Below are positions 50,094-59,887 of a stretch of DNA of 64,000 nt, one piece after another (position 1 is the stretch's first letter; each line of letters starts with the position of its first letter). The position numbers and the translations under genes were made by a program. The stretch spans positions 34,958 through 98,957 of the forward strand of contig PMYD01000089.1 of assembly GCA_003171335.1 (NCBI GenBank). The letters run 5' to 3'. A model generated the notes under the pieces. It made no database searches. It saw only the letters and a list, made by a program, of their open reading frames with translations, and had not been told where the DNA came from. This DNA comes from Phycisphaerales bacterium. GTDB taxonomy: Bacteria > Planctomycetota > Phycisphaerae > SM23-33 > FEN-1343.

Positions 50094-51125
50094 ATGATCA
50101 AAAAGAGAAAAACGGCGGCACTGTTTGAGGTCATCGCCAAGGAGCAAGGCGGCCAACCGGTGCGTCTGCCCGGCTGGTTTCGGCGGAATCTCGTGGCCGT
50201 CGCCCCCGTGGCTCGGCCCAGCCCCCGACTGAAACAGCCGCCGGGGCTTGCCGGACTTAAAGCTGTCGGCCAGGCCGCTACGGCCACGGCCGTCGAGGAA
50301 GATCTTGAGGAACAGGCGGCCCAATCCGTGCCGGCGGCCGCTCCTCGCCCGGCCACGGTGCCGGTTTCCTCAGCCGCCCAGGCGCTGCGCCGACTCCAGA
50401 TGTCGCAGGCATCCGCCGTGGCCGCGGCCGCACCCAAGTCGGCAACCCCTGCGGCCACCGCCGCACCGGCGTTTCCTGGGGTCCAGACCACCGTTATTCC
50501 CGGCGCTGTCGTCAAGACGCCTGCGGCTTCGGCAGCGCCCGCGCCAGCTCCGGCCGCCGCCAGCACCGCCTCGCGCGCGCGGGAGGAAACCCGCCCCGTC
50601 GCCGAGCGTCTTGCCGCCGTCGTGGGCGGCCGCCTGCGCGTCAGCTTGAGTTATCCCATCTGCGTGGCCGCCGCCTTAGGGCTGGTGGTGCTGCTGGTGG
50701 GCGCATTCAGGCTCGGCAGGCACCAGACCAGCACAGCCGCACCGCCCGCCGCGGCCCAAAGCGCATCGCCAAACCCGATCGCCCCGGCGCCTGTGGCCGG
50801 CAATGGGTTCGATTTTGACAAGAGCCAAATTCTCGGCGAGGCACGCTATAATGCCGAGAAGCGTTACCTCATGGTTGAGCCCAGCGTGGCCAGCAAGGCC
50901 GATGCCGTCGCCATCTGTGAGTGGCTGTACAACAACGGCTTTGTGCCGTGGGCCGCCAACGACAACGACCGGATCGTGGTGATCGCGCTGCCGAAGGAAC
51001 CCGGCGGCAGCGCGGACACCTTTAACAAGCAGGCCGCCAGTCTTCGCGAGCTGGGCAAATCGCGCGGCTGGAAGCTGCGAGATCGTTACACGTTTGCCCA
51101 GGCCAGAGTAGAACCGAAAAAGTAG
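50094..51125 (+). CDS. Hypothetical bitopic membrane protein
   Basis: 'KRKTAALFEVI' N-terminus, Ala/Pro linker, single transmembrane helix, globular C-terminus. Confidence 0.65.
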   Translation: MIKKRKTAALFEVIAKEQGGQPVRLPGWFRRNLVAVAPVARPSPRLKQPPGLAGLKAVGQAATATAVEEDLEEQAAQSVPAAAPRPATVPVSSAAQALRRLQMSQASAVAAAAPKSATPAATAAPAFPGVQTTVIPGAVVKTPAASAAPAPAPAAASTASRAREETRPVAERLAAVVGGRLRVSLSYPICVAAALGLVVLLVGAFRLGRHQTSTAAPPAAAQSASPNPIAPAPVAGNGFDFDKSQILGEARYNAEKRYLMVEPSVASKADAVAICEWLYNNGFVPWAANDNDRIVVIALPKEPGGSADTFNKQAASLRELGKSRGWKLRDRYTFAQARVEPKK

Positions 51126-51146
51126 AACGGAAGGAGTCGTGAATTC

Positions 51147-51506
51147 ATGAGCGTTGACCGCACACTGCATATTCGTTCGGGCGGAACCCAGAAGCGCAAC
51201 GTCCTGTCGCGGGCGGAGCGCATCGCCATGCTGGCCGAAGGCGGCGAGGTGGACCTGGATGCCCTCAATCCGCTGGGACTGACCAAGACCAAGGTCCGTG
51301 TCTCCAAGGCCGGCACCAAGAGCAAGAAGGAAGAGAAGCCTGCGGAAGGCGCCGAAGGCGTGCCCGCGGCCGAAGGCGCCGCCCCCGCCGCCGGCAAGGA
51401 AGGGGCTGCGGCTGGCGCCGCCAAGCCCGCCGCCAAGCCCGCCGGCAAGGCCGAAGGCAAGCCCGGCAAGGGCGAAGCCAAGGCCGAGGGGAAGGGAAAG
51501 AAGTAG
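51147..51506 (+). CDS. PVC-superphylum small basic protein with Ala/Lys-rich tail
   Basis: MSVDRTL..RNVLSRAERI..L...PLGL.KTKV; RBS aaggag. Confidence 0.85.
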   Translation: MSVDRTLHIRSGGTQKRNVLSRAERIAMLAEGGEVDLDALNPLGLTKTKVRVSKAGTKSKKEEKPAEGAEGVPAAEGAAPAAGKEGAAAGAAKPAAKPAGKAEGKPGKGEAKAEGKGKK

Positions 51507-51553
51507 GGCATTTGAGACCGTCCGCTCCAAACCGGCGGGCCGTCCCTTGAAGC

Positions 51554-51679
51554 GTTAATAGGTTAACTGGTTAATCGGTTAGCTGGCCATGCCGGCCAGG
51601 CCTAATCAGTTAATAGATGCATTTAGTGAGTCCTCCGCAAGCGGGGACGCGTTGCCTATTGTCCGATTAACCTATTACC
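51554..51679. repeat. Inverted octamer tandem-repeat element
   Basis: gttaatag gttaactg gttaatcg gttagctg ... cctattgt ccgattaa cctattac. Confidence 0.65.
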
Positions 51680-51697
51680 TGCGTCGGAGCCATTTCA

Positions 51698-51922
51698 ATG
51701 AAACTGCGAGCTATCAGGATTGACTTTGCAAATGCAATTTCTTCCCAAGTAGTTTTTCTAGACGATAAAGAAAACCGGAAACTTCAGGCCGCTTGGGACA
51801 AGAAGAAGGGCAGAATCGCAGTGGAATGTCGGCATTCCCAAGAGGACAGAGAGGTGCATACAAAGCGTTTGGATTTGAACGGTGTCGTTCTTATAGAAGA
51901 CCTTTCAGGCAGCCGGGCCTGA
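51698..51922 (+). CDS. Small AT-rich hypothetical protein
   Basis: ggag RBS, 74 aa, codon usage atypical for this genome. Confidence 0.45.
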   Translation: MKLRAIRIDFANAISSQVVFLDDKENRKLQAAWDKKKGRIAVECRHSQEDREVHTKRLDLNGVVLIEDLSGSRA

Positions 51923-51982
51923 TTCGCGGCTGGGTTTCGGCTGTCTTTGCCATTTTCAACTCTGTCGTCGGCATGAAACAGA

Positions 51983-53107
51983 ATGAAGCCACGAATGCCC
52001 AAGTCCTTCCCCATCGCCGAACGCATGGCCAAGCTGGATGCCAGCGGCATCCGCAAGGTGTTCGATCTGGCCGCCGCGATGAAAGACCCGATCAACCTGT
52101 CGATCGGCCAGCCGGATTTCGACGTGCCCGAGCCGGTCCGCCGCGAGGCGGCCGAGGCCATCGCCCGCGGCTTTAATAAGTACACCCAGACCCAGGGCAC
52201 CGCCGAACTGCGGGCGGCCGTGGGCAAGGGGCTGGCTGAGGAGTTCGGCTGGACGGATGAGCGGCCGGTGCTGATCACCTCGGGGGTCTCCGGTGCGCTG
52301 CTGCTGGCGTTCCTGTCAGTCATCAATCCAGGCGATGAGGTGATCATCCTCGAGCCGTACTTCGTGATGTACAGCCACCTGGTGAACCTGTGCGGCGGCG
52401 TGCCGGTGTGCATTTCCACCTATCCGAGCTTCCGCCCGGATGCCGATCGCATGGCCGAGGCCATCACGCCGCGGACGAAGATGCTGGTGGTGAACAGCCC
52501 CTGTAACCCCACCGGCGCGGTGTATACCCAGGCGGAACTGGAGGCCCTGGCGCAGGTGGCCCGCAAGCACGGCCTCTTAGTGGTCTCCGACGAAATCTAC
52601 AACAGCTTCTGCTACGATGCCCCGTTCGTTTCCATGGCCGGCCTGTACGAGCATACGCTGCTGATGCGGGGTTTCAGCAAGACGTACGCCATGACCGGCT
52701 GGCGGCTGGGCTGGTGCACCGGGCCCAAGAACGTGCTGGAGAAGATGACGATGCTCCAGCAATACAGCTTCGTGTGCGCCCCGAGCATGGCCCAGGCGGC
52801 GGGTATCGTGGCCCTCGGGGTGGATGTTTCCCAGCACCAGGACCAGTACCGCCGCAAGCGCGACATGGTCTTTGCCGCCCTGGCCAGACCCTTGGGCCTG
52901 GCCAAGCCCGGCGGGGCCTTCTACGCCTTCGTGCCGGCCCCCAAGGGCCAGACCGCCACCCAGTTCGTCACGCGGGCCATCCAGAACAACGTGCTGATCA
53001 TTCCGGGGAACGTCTTTTCCACCCAGGACACGCACTTTCGCCTCTCCTACGCCACCAGCGATGAAAAGCTGGCGCAGGGGCTGGGAATTCTGGTGAAACT
53101 GGCGTAG
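51983..53107 (+). CDS. PLP-dependent aminotransferase class I/II
   Basis: INLSIGQPDF, NSPCNPTG, SDEIY, GFSKTYAMTGWRLG. Confidence 0.93.
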   Translation: MKPRMPKSFPIAERMAKLDASGIRKVFDLAAAMKDPINLSIGQPDFDVPEPVRREAAEAIARGFNKYTQTQGTAELRAAVGKGLAEEFGWTDERPVLITSGVSGALLLAFLSVINPGDEVIILEPYFVMYSHLVNLCGGVPVCISTYPSFRPDADRMAEAITPRTKMLVVNSPCNPTGAVYTQAELEALAQVARKHGLLVVSDEIYNSFCYDAPFVSMAGLYEHTLLMRGFSKTYAMTGWRLGWCTGPKNVLEKMTMLQQYSFVCAPSMAQAAGIVALGVDVSQHQDQYRRKRDMVFAALARPLGLAKPGGAFYAFVPAPKGQTATQFVTRAIQNNVLIIPGNVFSTQDTHFRLSYATSDEKLAQGLGILVKLA

Positions 53108-53236
53108 CGCACGACCCGCCGCCGCGGTGGTTTTGCCCCCTCATTACAGGCCTTTCTGCAGAAAACCCGCGACTTATCTAGGTCTCCTTGATACACTGCC
53201 GGTGTGAGCGTTTTTTCCGGCTACACACGACGCTAC

Positions 53237-55078
53237 ATGAATGCCGAAGCGGCGGGGAAAATTAATTTTCGCTGCCTGTGGCGGTACATCGGTCTGGCCT
53301 TGCCATACTGGTGGAACTTCCTTCTGGGCGCGGCCGGGGGAATGGGCCGGCAAGTGCATGGGCTATACGTTCCTTGGATGATGGCGTACCTGATTGACGC
53401 GGTCGGAACGCCCTACCTCAAGGGCATGCTCAAGACATCTGAAGTGTGGAGCCGGACCGGCTGGGTTATGGTGCTTTTCGCCGATCTGCTTGTTTTCCAT
53501 GTGTTGATGACAATGGCTCGCTTTTATTTCCCCTACCAGGGCAGCGGCAGTGTTTCCAGGGACTTACGTAAAGACCTTTTCGCCCATCTCCAGGGGCTGT
53601 CGCTGGCATTTCACACGCAACGGCCCGCGGGCGCCCAAGTGGCCCGTGTCATGGCCGATGTGGATGCGGCCCAAGGTATTTACGACAGCCTGTTCATTCA
53701 GCTTACGCAGCAGCTTTTCACCGGTGTCTGGGTTGCCGTTGCCCTGCTGCTGAAGGACTGGCAGTGGGCTGTGGTTGTGCTTATCGCTACGCCGGCCTTC
53801 GCCATGGTGGCACGCTTGATCGGCAAGCCGCTTCGCCTTGCCACACGCATGTATCGCCAGAGTTTTGAAGGGGCCAGCGCCCAAGCCCAGGAGCGCTTGG
53901 CGATGGTTCGCGAAGTGCAGGCCTTCACCGCCGAGAACCGTGAGGAAGAGAGTATTCGTGGCCGATTTGACGCCTTGCGTAAGTGGACCGTGCGACTGGG
54001 CCTGCTTGGCGGCGGCTTTCTGGGCGCATCGGAAATCGCCCGCTTCTTAGGCACGGCTTTAGTTATAGCCTTCGGTATTTACGGAATCGTGCACCACCGC
54101 CCGGGGGTCACGGCCGGTTCGCTGTGGCTCTTTGTCACCTACACGGACAAACTGCTCTTTCCGATCGAGTACTTTGCCGACCTGTACACCCGTCTTCAAA
54201 CCGCCGCCGCCCCGGCCGATCGTATCTTTGAATTCCTCGACACCCCGCCGGCAATTCGCGATCTCCCAGGCGCGCACAAGCTGGAGCCACAAGGCGCGCT
54301 GCCGGTGCAGTTTGACGCTGTCTCCTTCGCCTACCCCTCCAAGCCGTCGGTGATGGTTCTGCGCGAGGTAAGCTTCAGTGTGCCGGCCGGAGCCCGCGTG
54401 GTGATGGTAGGAGAAAGCGGGGCCGGCAAGAGCACCTTGGCCAGTCTCCTGCCCCGGTTTTATGACGTGCTGACCGGCCGAATCCTTATCGATGGGCAAG
54501 ACCTGCGCCACTTTCAACTCAAGTCGTTGCGGCAGGCGCTGGGCATCGTGCCGCAGGACCCGGTGCTGTTTGCCGGTACTATTGCCGACAATATTCGATA
54601 TGGGCGGCCGGAAGCCTCGCTGGAAGAAGTACGCCAGGCCATTCGTGACGCCAATGCCGAGCAATTCGTCCTGGAAATGGAGCACGGGCTGGAGAGCCAG
54701 ATTGGCGAGCGCGGTGTGGGGTTGTCGGGGGGCCAAATTCAGCGGCTGGCCATTGCCCGGGCATTCTTGAAAAACCCGCCGCTGTTGATCCTGGATGAGC
54801 CCACGAGCAACCTGGACGCCAGCAGCGAATCCCAGATCATGGAAGCTCTGGAGCGACTTTCGAGGGGCCGAACCACGTTTGTCATTGCCCATCGCCTCTC
54901 TTTGGGCCGCGACGCCGACATGATCATCTCCCTGGACAGGGGCCGGCTGGCCGAAATTGGCACGCATGAGGATTTGCTGGCCCGCGATGGCGTCTACCGC
55001 CACCTGTGGCTACAGCAGATGGGCGATGTGGACATTCCCGCTATCGAACCCGATGCGGCGGATTCCAGCCCGGCGTAG
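53237..55078 (+). CDS. ABC exporter, fused permease/ATPase (MsbA-like)
   Basis: Transmembrane domain, GESGAGKS, LSGGQIQR, LILDEPTS, IAHRLS. Start could be 53204. Confidence 0.92.
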   Translation: MNAEAAGKINFRCLWRYIGLALPYWWNFLLGAAGGMGRQVHGLYVPWMMAYLIDAVGTPYLKGMLKTSEVWSRTGWVMVLFADLLVFHVLMTMARFYFPYQGSGSVSRDLRKDLFAHLQGLSLAFHTQRPAGAQVARVMADVDAAQGIYDSLFIQLTQQLFTGVWVAVALLLKDWQWAVVVLIATPAFAMVARLIGKPLRLATRMYRQSFEGASAQAQERLAMVREVQAFTAENREEESIRGRFDALRKWTVRLGLLGGGFLGASEIARFLGTALVIAFGIYGIVHHRPGVTAGSLWLFVTYTDKLLFPIEYFADLYTRLQTAAAPADRIFEFLDTPPAIRDLPGAHKLEPQGALPVQFDAVSFAYPSKPSVMVLREVSFSVPAGARVVMVGESGAGKSTLASLLPRFYDVLTGRILIDGQDLRHFQLKSLRQALGIVPQDPVLFAGTIADNIRYGRPEASLEEVRQAIRDANAEQFVLEMEHGLESQIGERGVGLSGGQIQRLAIARAFLKNPPLLILDEPTSNLDASSESQIMEALERLSRGRTTFVIAHRLSLGRDADMIISLDRGRLAEIGTHEDLLARDGVYRHLWLQQMGDVDIPAIEPDAADSSPA

Positions 55079-55172
55079 GGATAATCACGTGTGCGCCGCG
55101 AACATCTGCGGCGACCAGGTGGGCGTTGCCGGTCGACACGAATTCAATTGAAGTCGAATTTCGGCGAACCAT

Positions 55173-55925
55173 TCACTCCTGGCCCTGCAAGGCCGGTAGC
55201 TTCTGCCGGATAAACCGGATCGTATCCTGGATGTGCACATCCCAGTACGCCCAGTTGTGGTCGCCGGGGAACTCCGCGTAGCTGTGGGCGATGCCCAGTT
55301 GCTCGAGGTGGGCGTGGAAGTCGCGGTTGTCCTGGAGCAGAAAATCCTTGTCCCCGCAGTCGATGCGAATGGCCAGCTCCCCCGCCGGCCGCTCCTTTTG
55401 CTTCTGCGCCAGCGCAAAGCAGTCGTACTGGCTGATGTCAATCGCGGAAGAGAGATCCTGGAGCAGCGGCACCTCCGGCCGGGGGTGATGGAACGCCCCC
55501 ACCGCCCCCGAATGCGAGCAGGCGACGGAAAACAGATCGGCGTGCTTGAAGCCTAGCATCATGGCGCCGTAGCCGCCCATGCTCATCCCCGCCACCGCGC
55601 GGGCGCCGCGCTGCGGGATGGTGCGGAAGGTCGTGTCCACGAAACCGATCACATCCTTGATGATGTGGTCCTCGTACGGGCTGCCGCCGGGGGCGGGATT
55701 GTTCACGTAGAAGGAGCGGTGGGCATCGGGCATGGCCACGATCATGGGCACGTTGTCCATGTGCCGCTCGAGGCCCGTGCGGCGCAGCCAGCCGCTGTGG
55801 TCGTCGCTCAATCCGTGCAGCAGGTACAGCACGGGAAACGGTCCGGGCCCATCCGGCAGCAGCACGTACAGGCTGGTCATCTTGACCAGGACCATCGCCC
55901 GGAAATGCGCCTCAATCCATGCCAT
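55173..55925 (-). CDS. Esterase family protein (tributyrin esterase / S-formylglutathione hydrolase-like)
   Basis: LYLLHGLSDD, GMSMGG, DCG.KDFL, PGDHNWAYW. Confidence 0.9.
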   Translation of the reverse strand: MAWIEAHFRAMVLVKMTSLYVLLPDGPGPFPVLYLLHGLSDDHSGWLRRTGLERHMDNVPMIVAMPDAHRSFYVNNPAPGGSPYEDHIIKDVIGFVDTTFRTIPQRGARAVAGMSMGGYGAMMLGFKHADLFSVACSHSGAVGAFHHPRPEVPLLQDLSSAIDISQYDCFALAQKQKERPAGELAIRIDCGDKDFLLQDNRDFHAHLEQLGIAHSYAEFPGDHNWAYWDVHIQDTIRFIRQKLPALQGQE

Positions 55926-58535
55926 GGGGACTCCTCGTTACCGTGGCCTGGGCGGCCGCAGCGGGGCCGGCCAGGCAAGATTTTTCGCTGCCCGCGCGGT
56001 CGAGCAGTTGCCGAACCGTGCGAAGCAGCTGGTTGTTGCTGAACGGTTTAAACAGCAGTTCGGCCTGGCTGTCAATACCGCGATGGGCCAGTGTTCGGTC
56101 GGCATAGCCCGAAACGTACAGCACGGCGATTTGCGGCCGCAAGGCCCGGATCTTGGCGGCCAAGTCCGCGCCGCTCGAGCCGGGCATGACCACATCGGTC
56201 ACCAGCGCGTCGATGGAGGCGGCGTGCTCGTTGAACAGCCGCAGGGCCTCGGCGCCGTCGGCGGCCTGAAGCACCCGGTAGCCCGCCTCCAGCAGCGATG
56301 CCGCCACGAGCCCGCGCACCGCCGGCTCATCCTCGACCAGCAGAATCGACTCGCTGCCGCGCGGTGCTTCATCATCGGCCACCACGGCGGGCGCCCCGGC
56401 CGCGGGCGCTTCGCTGAGCGGAAAGTACAGCCGGAATTCTGTGCCCTTGGCGACCACGCTTTCCACTTCCACCGCGCCGCCGCTCTGGCGGACGAAACCG
56501 TACACCATCGCCAAACCCAGGCCGGTGCCTTTGCCGACCTCCTTGGTGGTGAAGAAAGGTTCGAAGATCCGCGCGCGCACCTGATCGTCCATGCCGCACC
56601 CGGTGTCGCTCACCGAGACAACGGCGCAGGGCCCGGGGGCCATGTCCTGCCGCGCGGCCCTGCCTGTGTCGGCCTCCAGGCAATACGTGCGGATGATCAG
56701 CTTGCCGCCGCGCGGCATGGCGTCGCGGGCGTTGGTCACGAGGTTCATCAGCGCCTGCTGGAACTGGCCGGCATCGACCGTGGCGATGCAGGGCTGGGCG
56801 GCGGCGGCAATGGACAGCTCGACGTCCTCGCCGATCACCCGCTCCAGCGCGCCGGCGACGTCGCCGATGAGCTGGCTCAGGTCGGCCGGCTGCGGGTGCA
56901 GGATGTCGCGCCGGCTGAAGGCCAGCAGTTGCCCCGTACTGCGGGCGGCCCGGGCGGCGGCCTGGAGAATCTCCTCCAGCATGGTCCGGGCCTCCGGGCC
57001 GAGCGTCTGATCGCGCCGCAGCATCTCGCCGTAGCCCTTGATGACGGTCAGTTGATTGCGGAAATCGTGGGCGATTCCACCGGCCAATTGCCCGATGGCC
57101 TCCATCTTCTGGGCCTGGAGCAATTGCTGCTCCAGCCGCTTTTGTTCGGTGATGTCCATCGCGGCATGGACGGCGCCGATCACGCGCCCTTCGGCATCCG
57201 TGACCGGATTGGTGCGGACGGTAAGGATTCGTCCTCCTGGCGTGACCTTCTCGCCTTCCTGCGGCTGTCCAGTGGCCAGGGCACGCACCGCGATGCAGCC
57301 TTCGCAAGGCTCCTTGCGGCCGCGGACAATTTCAAAACAGCGCCGCCCGTCGATTTGCTCCCGCCTGATGGCCAGGTTCTCGAGCATGGCGTCGTTGGCC
57401 CACACCAGTTTCATGTCGGTGCCGAGGTACTCGATGCCGATGCTCATCAGCCCATCCAGGATGGCCGCCTTCTCGCGCTGGGCCGCGTGCAGTTCCGCTT
57501 CTCTCCGCCGCCGCTCGGTGACATCCTCGACCACCTCGATGAAGCCAGTCGGCTGGCCGCCCGCGTCCAGCAGCGGGAACGCCAGGATACGAGCCATCCA
57601 CGATGTGCCGTCGGCGCGAAACTGGAGGCGCTCGATCTCGGCCGAACGCCCAGTGGCCAGGGCTTTGGTCCCCAGGCAGTCTGGGCAGACCTGGTCCTGC
57701 CGGTGCAAGACACTAAAGCAATGCCGGCCGAGCAACTCCGTCTGCCTGGTCATGCGGGCCAGGCCGCTGTTGGCGGTGATAATTTGATACTGCGCGTCTA
57801 CCTGCAAAACACCCAAGTCGATGTTCTCAACCAATCCGCGGTATCGCTGCTCGCGCTGGCGGATTTCCTCTTCGGCCTGGCGGCGCTGCTCGGCGAGCTG
57901 CTCCAGTTGGCAGTGCGCCCGCTTGCGTTCGGTAATGTCCGTGGCCGTACCCAGCATACGGACAGGTTTGCCGGCCGGATCATAGGAGATGAACGCCCTG
58001 TGCAGCACCCAGCGCACGCTCCCGTCCGGACGGAGGATGCGGTGGTCGCCTTCCAGCTCCCGGAGTTTTTCACGAACGCACCGCTCATAGCCGGCCATGG
58101 CCGCCGCCAGGTCCTCCGGGTGAATCCTGTCCATCCAGTCCGTTGCGCCGTAGTAGCCCGCGCCCCGATTGACGCCGTAGATGGCAGCCAGTCCGGCGGA
58201 CCAGTAGCACCGCTTTTCGGCCACGCTCCAATCGAAAACCCCCACCTGCCCGGCCTGCTCGGCCAGGACAACTCGGGCCTCACTTTCGAGCAACTGCTGC
58301 TGGCCACGAAGGATGGTTCGCTGAGCCCCCCGCCGCTCCAGAAACAGCAGCAGGCCCGACATGGAGACGAAAGCCAGCCCTTGATATTCCACCACGCCAG
58401 GATGTGCACATTGTTCAGGAATCGCGTCAACAGCGAATTGGTCAAGAGGATCCACAAGACACCGAACGCCACGTACACCAAAGCCACGAAACGGGCCGAC
58501 CGAATGCCAGGGGATGCGGGCGGTTTCCATTGCAT
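55912..58535 (-). CDS. Hybrid PAS sensor histidine kinase/response regulator with a frameshift near 58371
   Basis: N-terminal TM segment ..VFGVLWILL..KGWL lies in one frame; FVSMSGLL, PAS x3, AHDFRNQL, FFTTK..GKGTGLGL and a receiver (VEDE, TDVVMP, KP) lie in another. Confidence 0.82.
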
Positions 58536-58624
58536 AGAGTCCCTTCCTGCAAATGGGAACGATCGATAGGTTTAACGATCATCCGACAACAGCCAGACCG
58601 CAGACCACACCTGGCCGACGGCGT

Positions 58625-59716
58625 TCAGTCTTCTCGCACCAATTCGTACTGCGTGCTTCCCAATCCGATCTGCTGGCCGTACGCGAGTTGGGTGTTGTGA
58701 TCTAGTTGCGGCCAGTACTCGCTGAAGACGTTGCGGCCGTGCCGCTCGTCCAGTAGTGCCGCGGAGGCGGCATCGACGGCGATCGGGTCGAACGAGCCCG
58801 CCACGCCCAGGTCCGGCAGCCGCGGTTCATCGGTTGCCATGCAGTCGCAGTTCTTCGTCACGCGCGTGATGAAGTTCAGATACGCCACGCGGCCGGCCTT
58901 TTCGCGGTGATACGCCAGGCAATACTCGGCCATCTTGTGCTGGAGATCGGTGCTGGTCGTGCTCCAGTCGAAGCCCACCGCCCCGTGCGGGCAGAAGGCA
59001 TAGCACTCGCCGCAACTGATGCATCGCTCCTGGTCCAGCACGGCCGTGTCCTTCATGGTGATGGCCCCGACCGGGCAATGCTTGATGCACCGCCCGCACA
59101 CCTTGCATTTGTCCTTCTTGAAGATCGGCTTGGCGGCGTGGTGTTGCTGGAGTTTTCCCGCCCGTCCGCCAAAACCCATGGCCACGTTCTTGATGGCCGC
59201 CCCCATGCCGGCGGCCAGGTGGCCCGTCACGTGCGTCAGAATGATGGCAGCGTCGGCCATGTAGCCGGCACCGGCGATAAAGACGTGCTTGAGCGTTTTG
59301 GCCGGGCCATCCAGCGTCACTTGCGATTCACCCTTGAGACCGTCGGCGATAATGACGGGAAAGCCGAGCGTCTCGTGCGAAAAACCGTGCTCGCGGGCCA
59401 GTTCGAGGTGATCGACGGCGTTGGCGCGCATGCCGTTGTACAGCGTATTGGAGTCGGTGAGGAAGGGCTTGCCGCCCGCCTGGCGGATCCGCTGGCCCAC
59501 CGCCTTGGCCACGGCCGGCGGGACGAAGTTCTGCCCGTTCTTCTCGCCGAAATGCTGCTTGATCGCCACCAAGCTCTTGTCGGCGATGATCGTATCGAGC
59601 TTCATCCGTTCCCAGAGTTTCACCGCCGCCGCGGCCATGTCCTGGGGCGTGGAGGATTCGGGCACAGGGACAAAATACACGGTAGAGCCGGCGGCGGGCT
59701 TCGACTTCTTACTCAT
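58625..59716 (-). CDS. DUF362-domain 4Fe-4S protein
   Basis: KQHFGE, LTDSNTLY.G.R.NA, IADGL.G, two CxxCxxCxxxCP motifs, CDC, DPIAVD. Confidence 0.88.
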   Translation of the reverse strand: MSKKSKPAAGSTVYFVPVPESSTPQDMAAAAVKLWERMKLDTIIADKSLVAIKQHFGEKNGQNFVPPAVAKAVGQRIRQAGGKPFLTDSNTLYNGMRANAVDHLELAREHGFSHETLGFPVIIADGLKGESQVTLDGPAKTLKHVFIAGAGYMADAAIILTHVTGHLAAGMGAAIKNVAMGFGGRAGKLQQHHAAKPIFKKDKCKVCGRCIKHCPVGAITMKDTAVLDQERCISCGECYAFCPHGAVGFDWSTTSTDLQHKMAEYCLAYHREKAGRVAYLNFITRVTKNCDCMATDEPRLPDLGVAGSFDPIAVDAASAALLDERHGRNVFSEYWPQLDHNTQLAYGQQIGLGSTQYELVRED

Positions 59717-59887
59717 GATGGGCTCCGCACAGTGGTTGCGCCAAAAAATCGCAATACGATGCTGATCGTACCGCGATGGCAGAAAGGATCAAGCGGCAGG
59801 CGTCAAAAAGGCCGGAGGAATTCCCCGCGGGTATCCGCACCCTTCCGACTCCGAAATTCATGGAATCAAGCCCCGAACGGATTGCCG

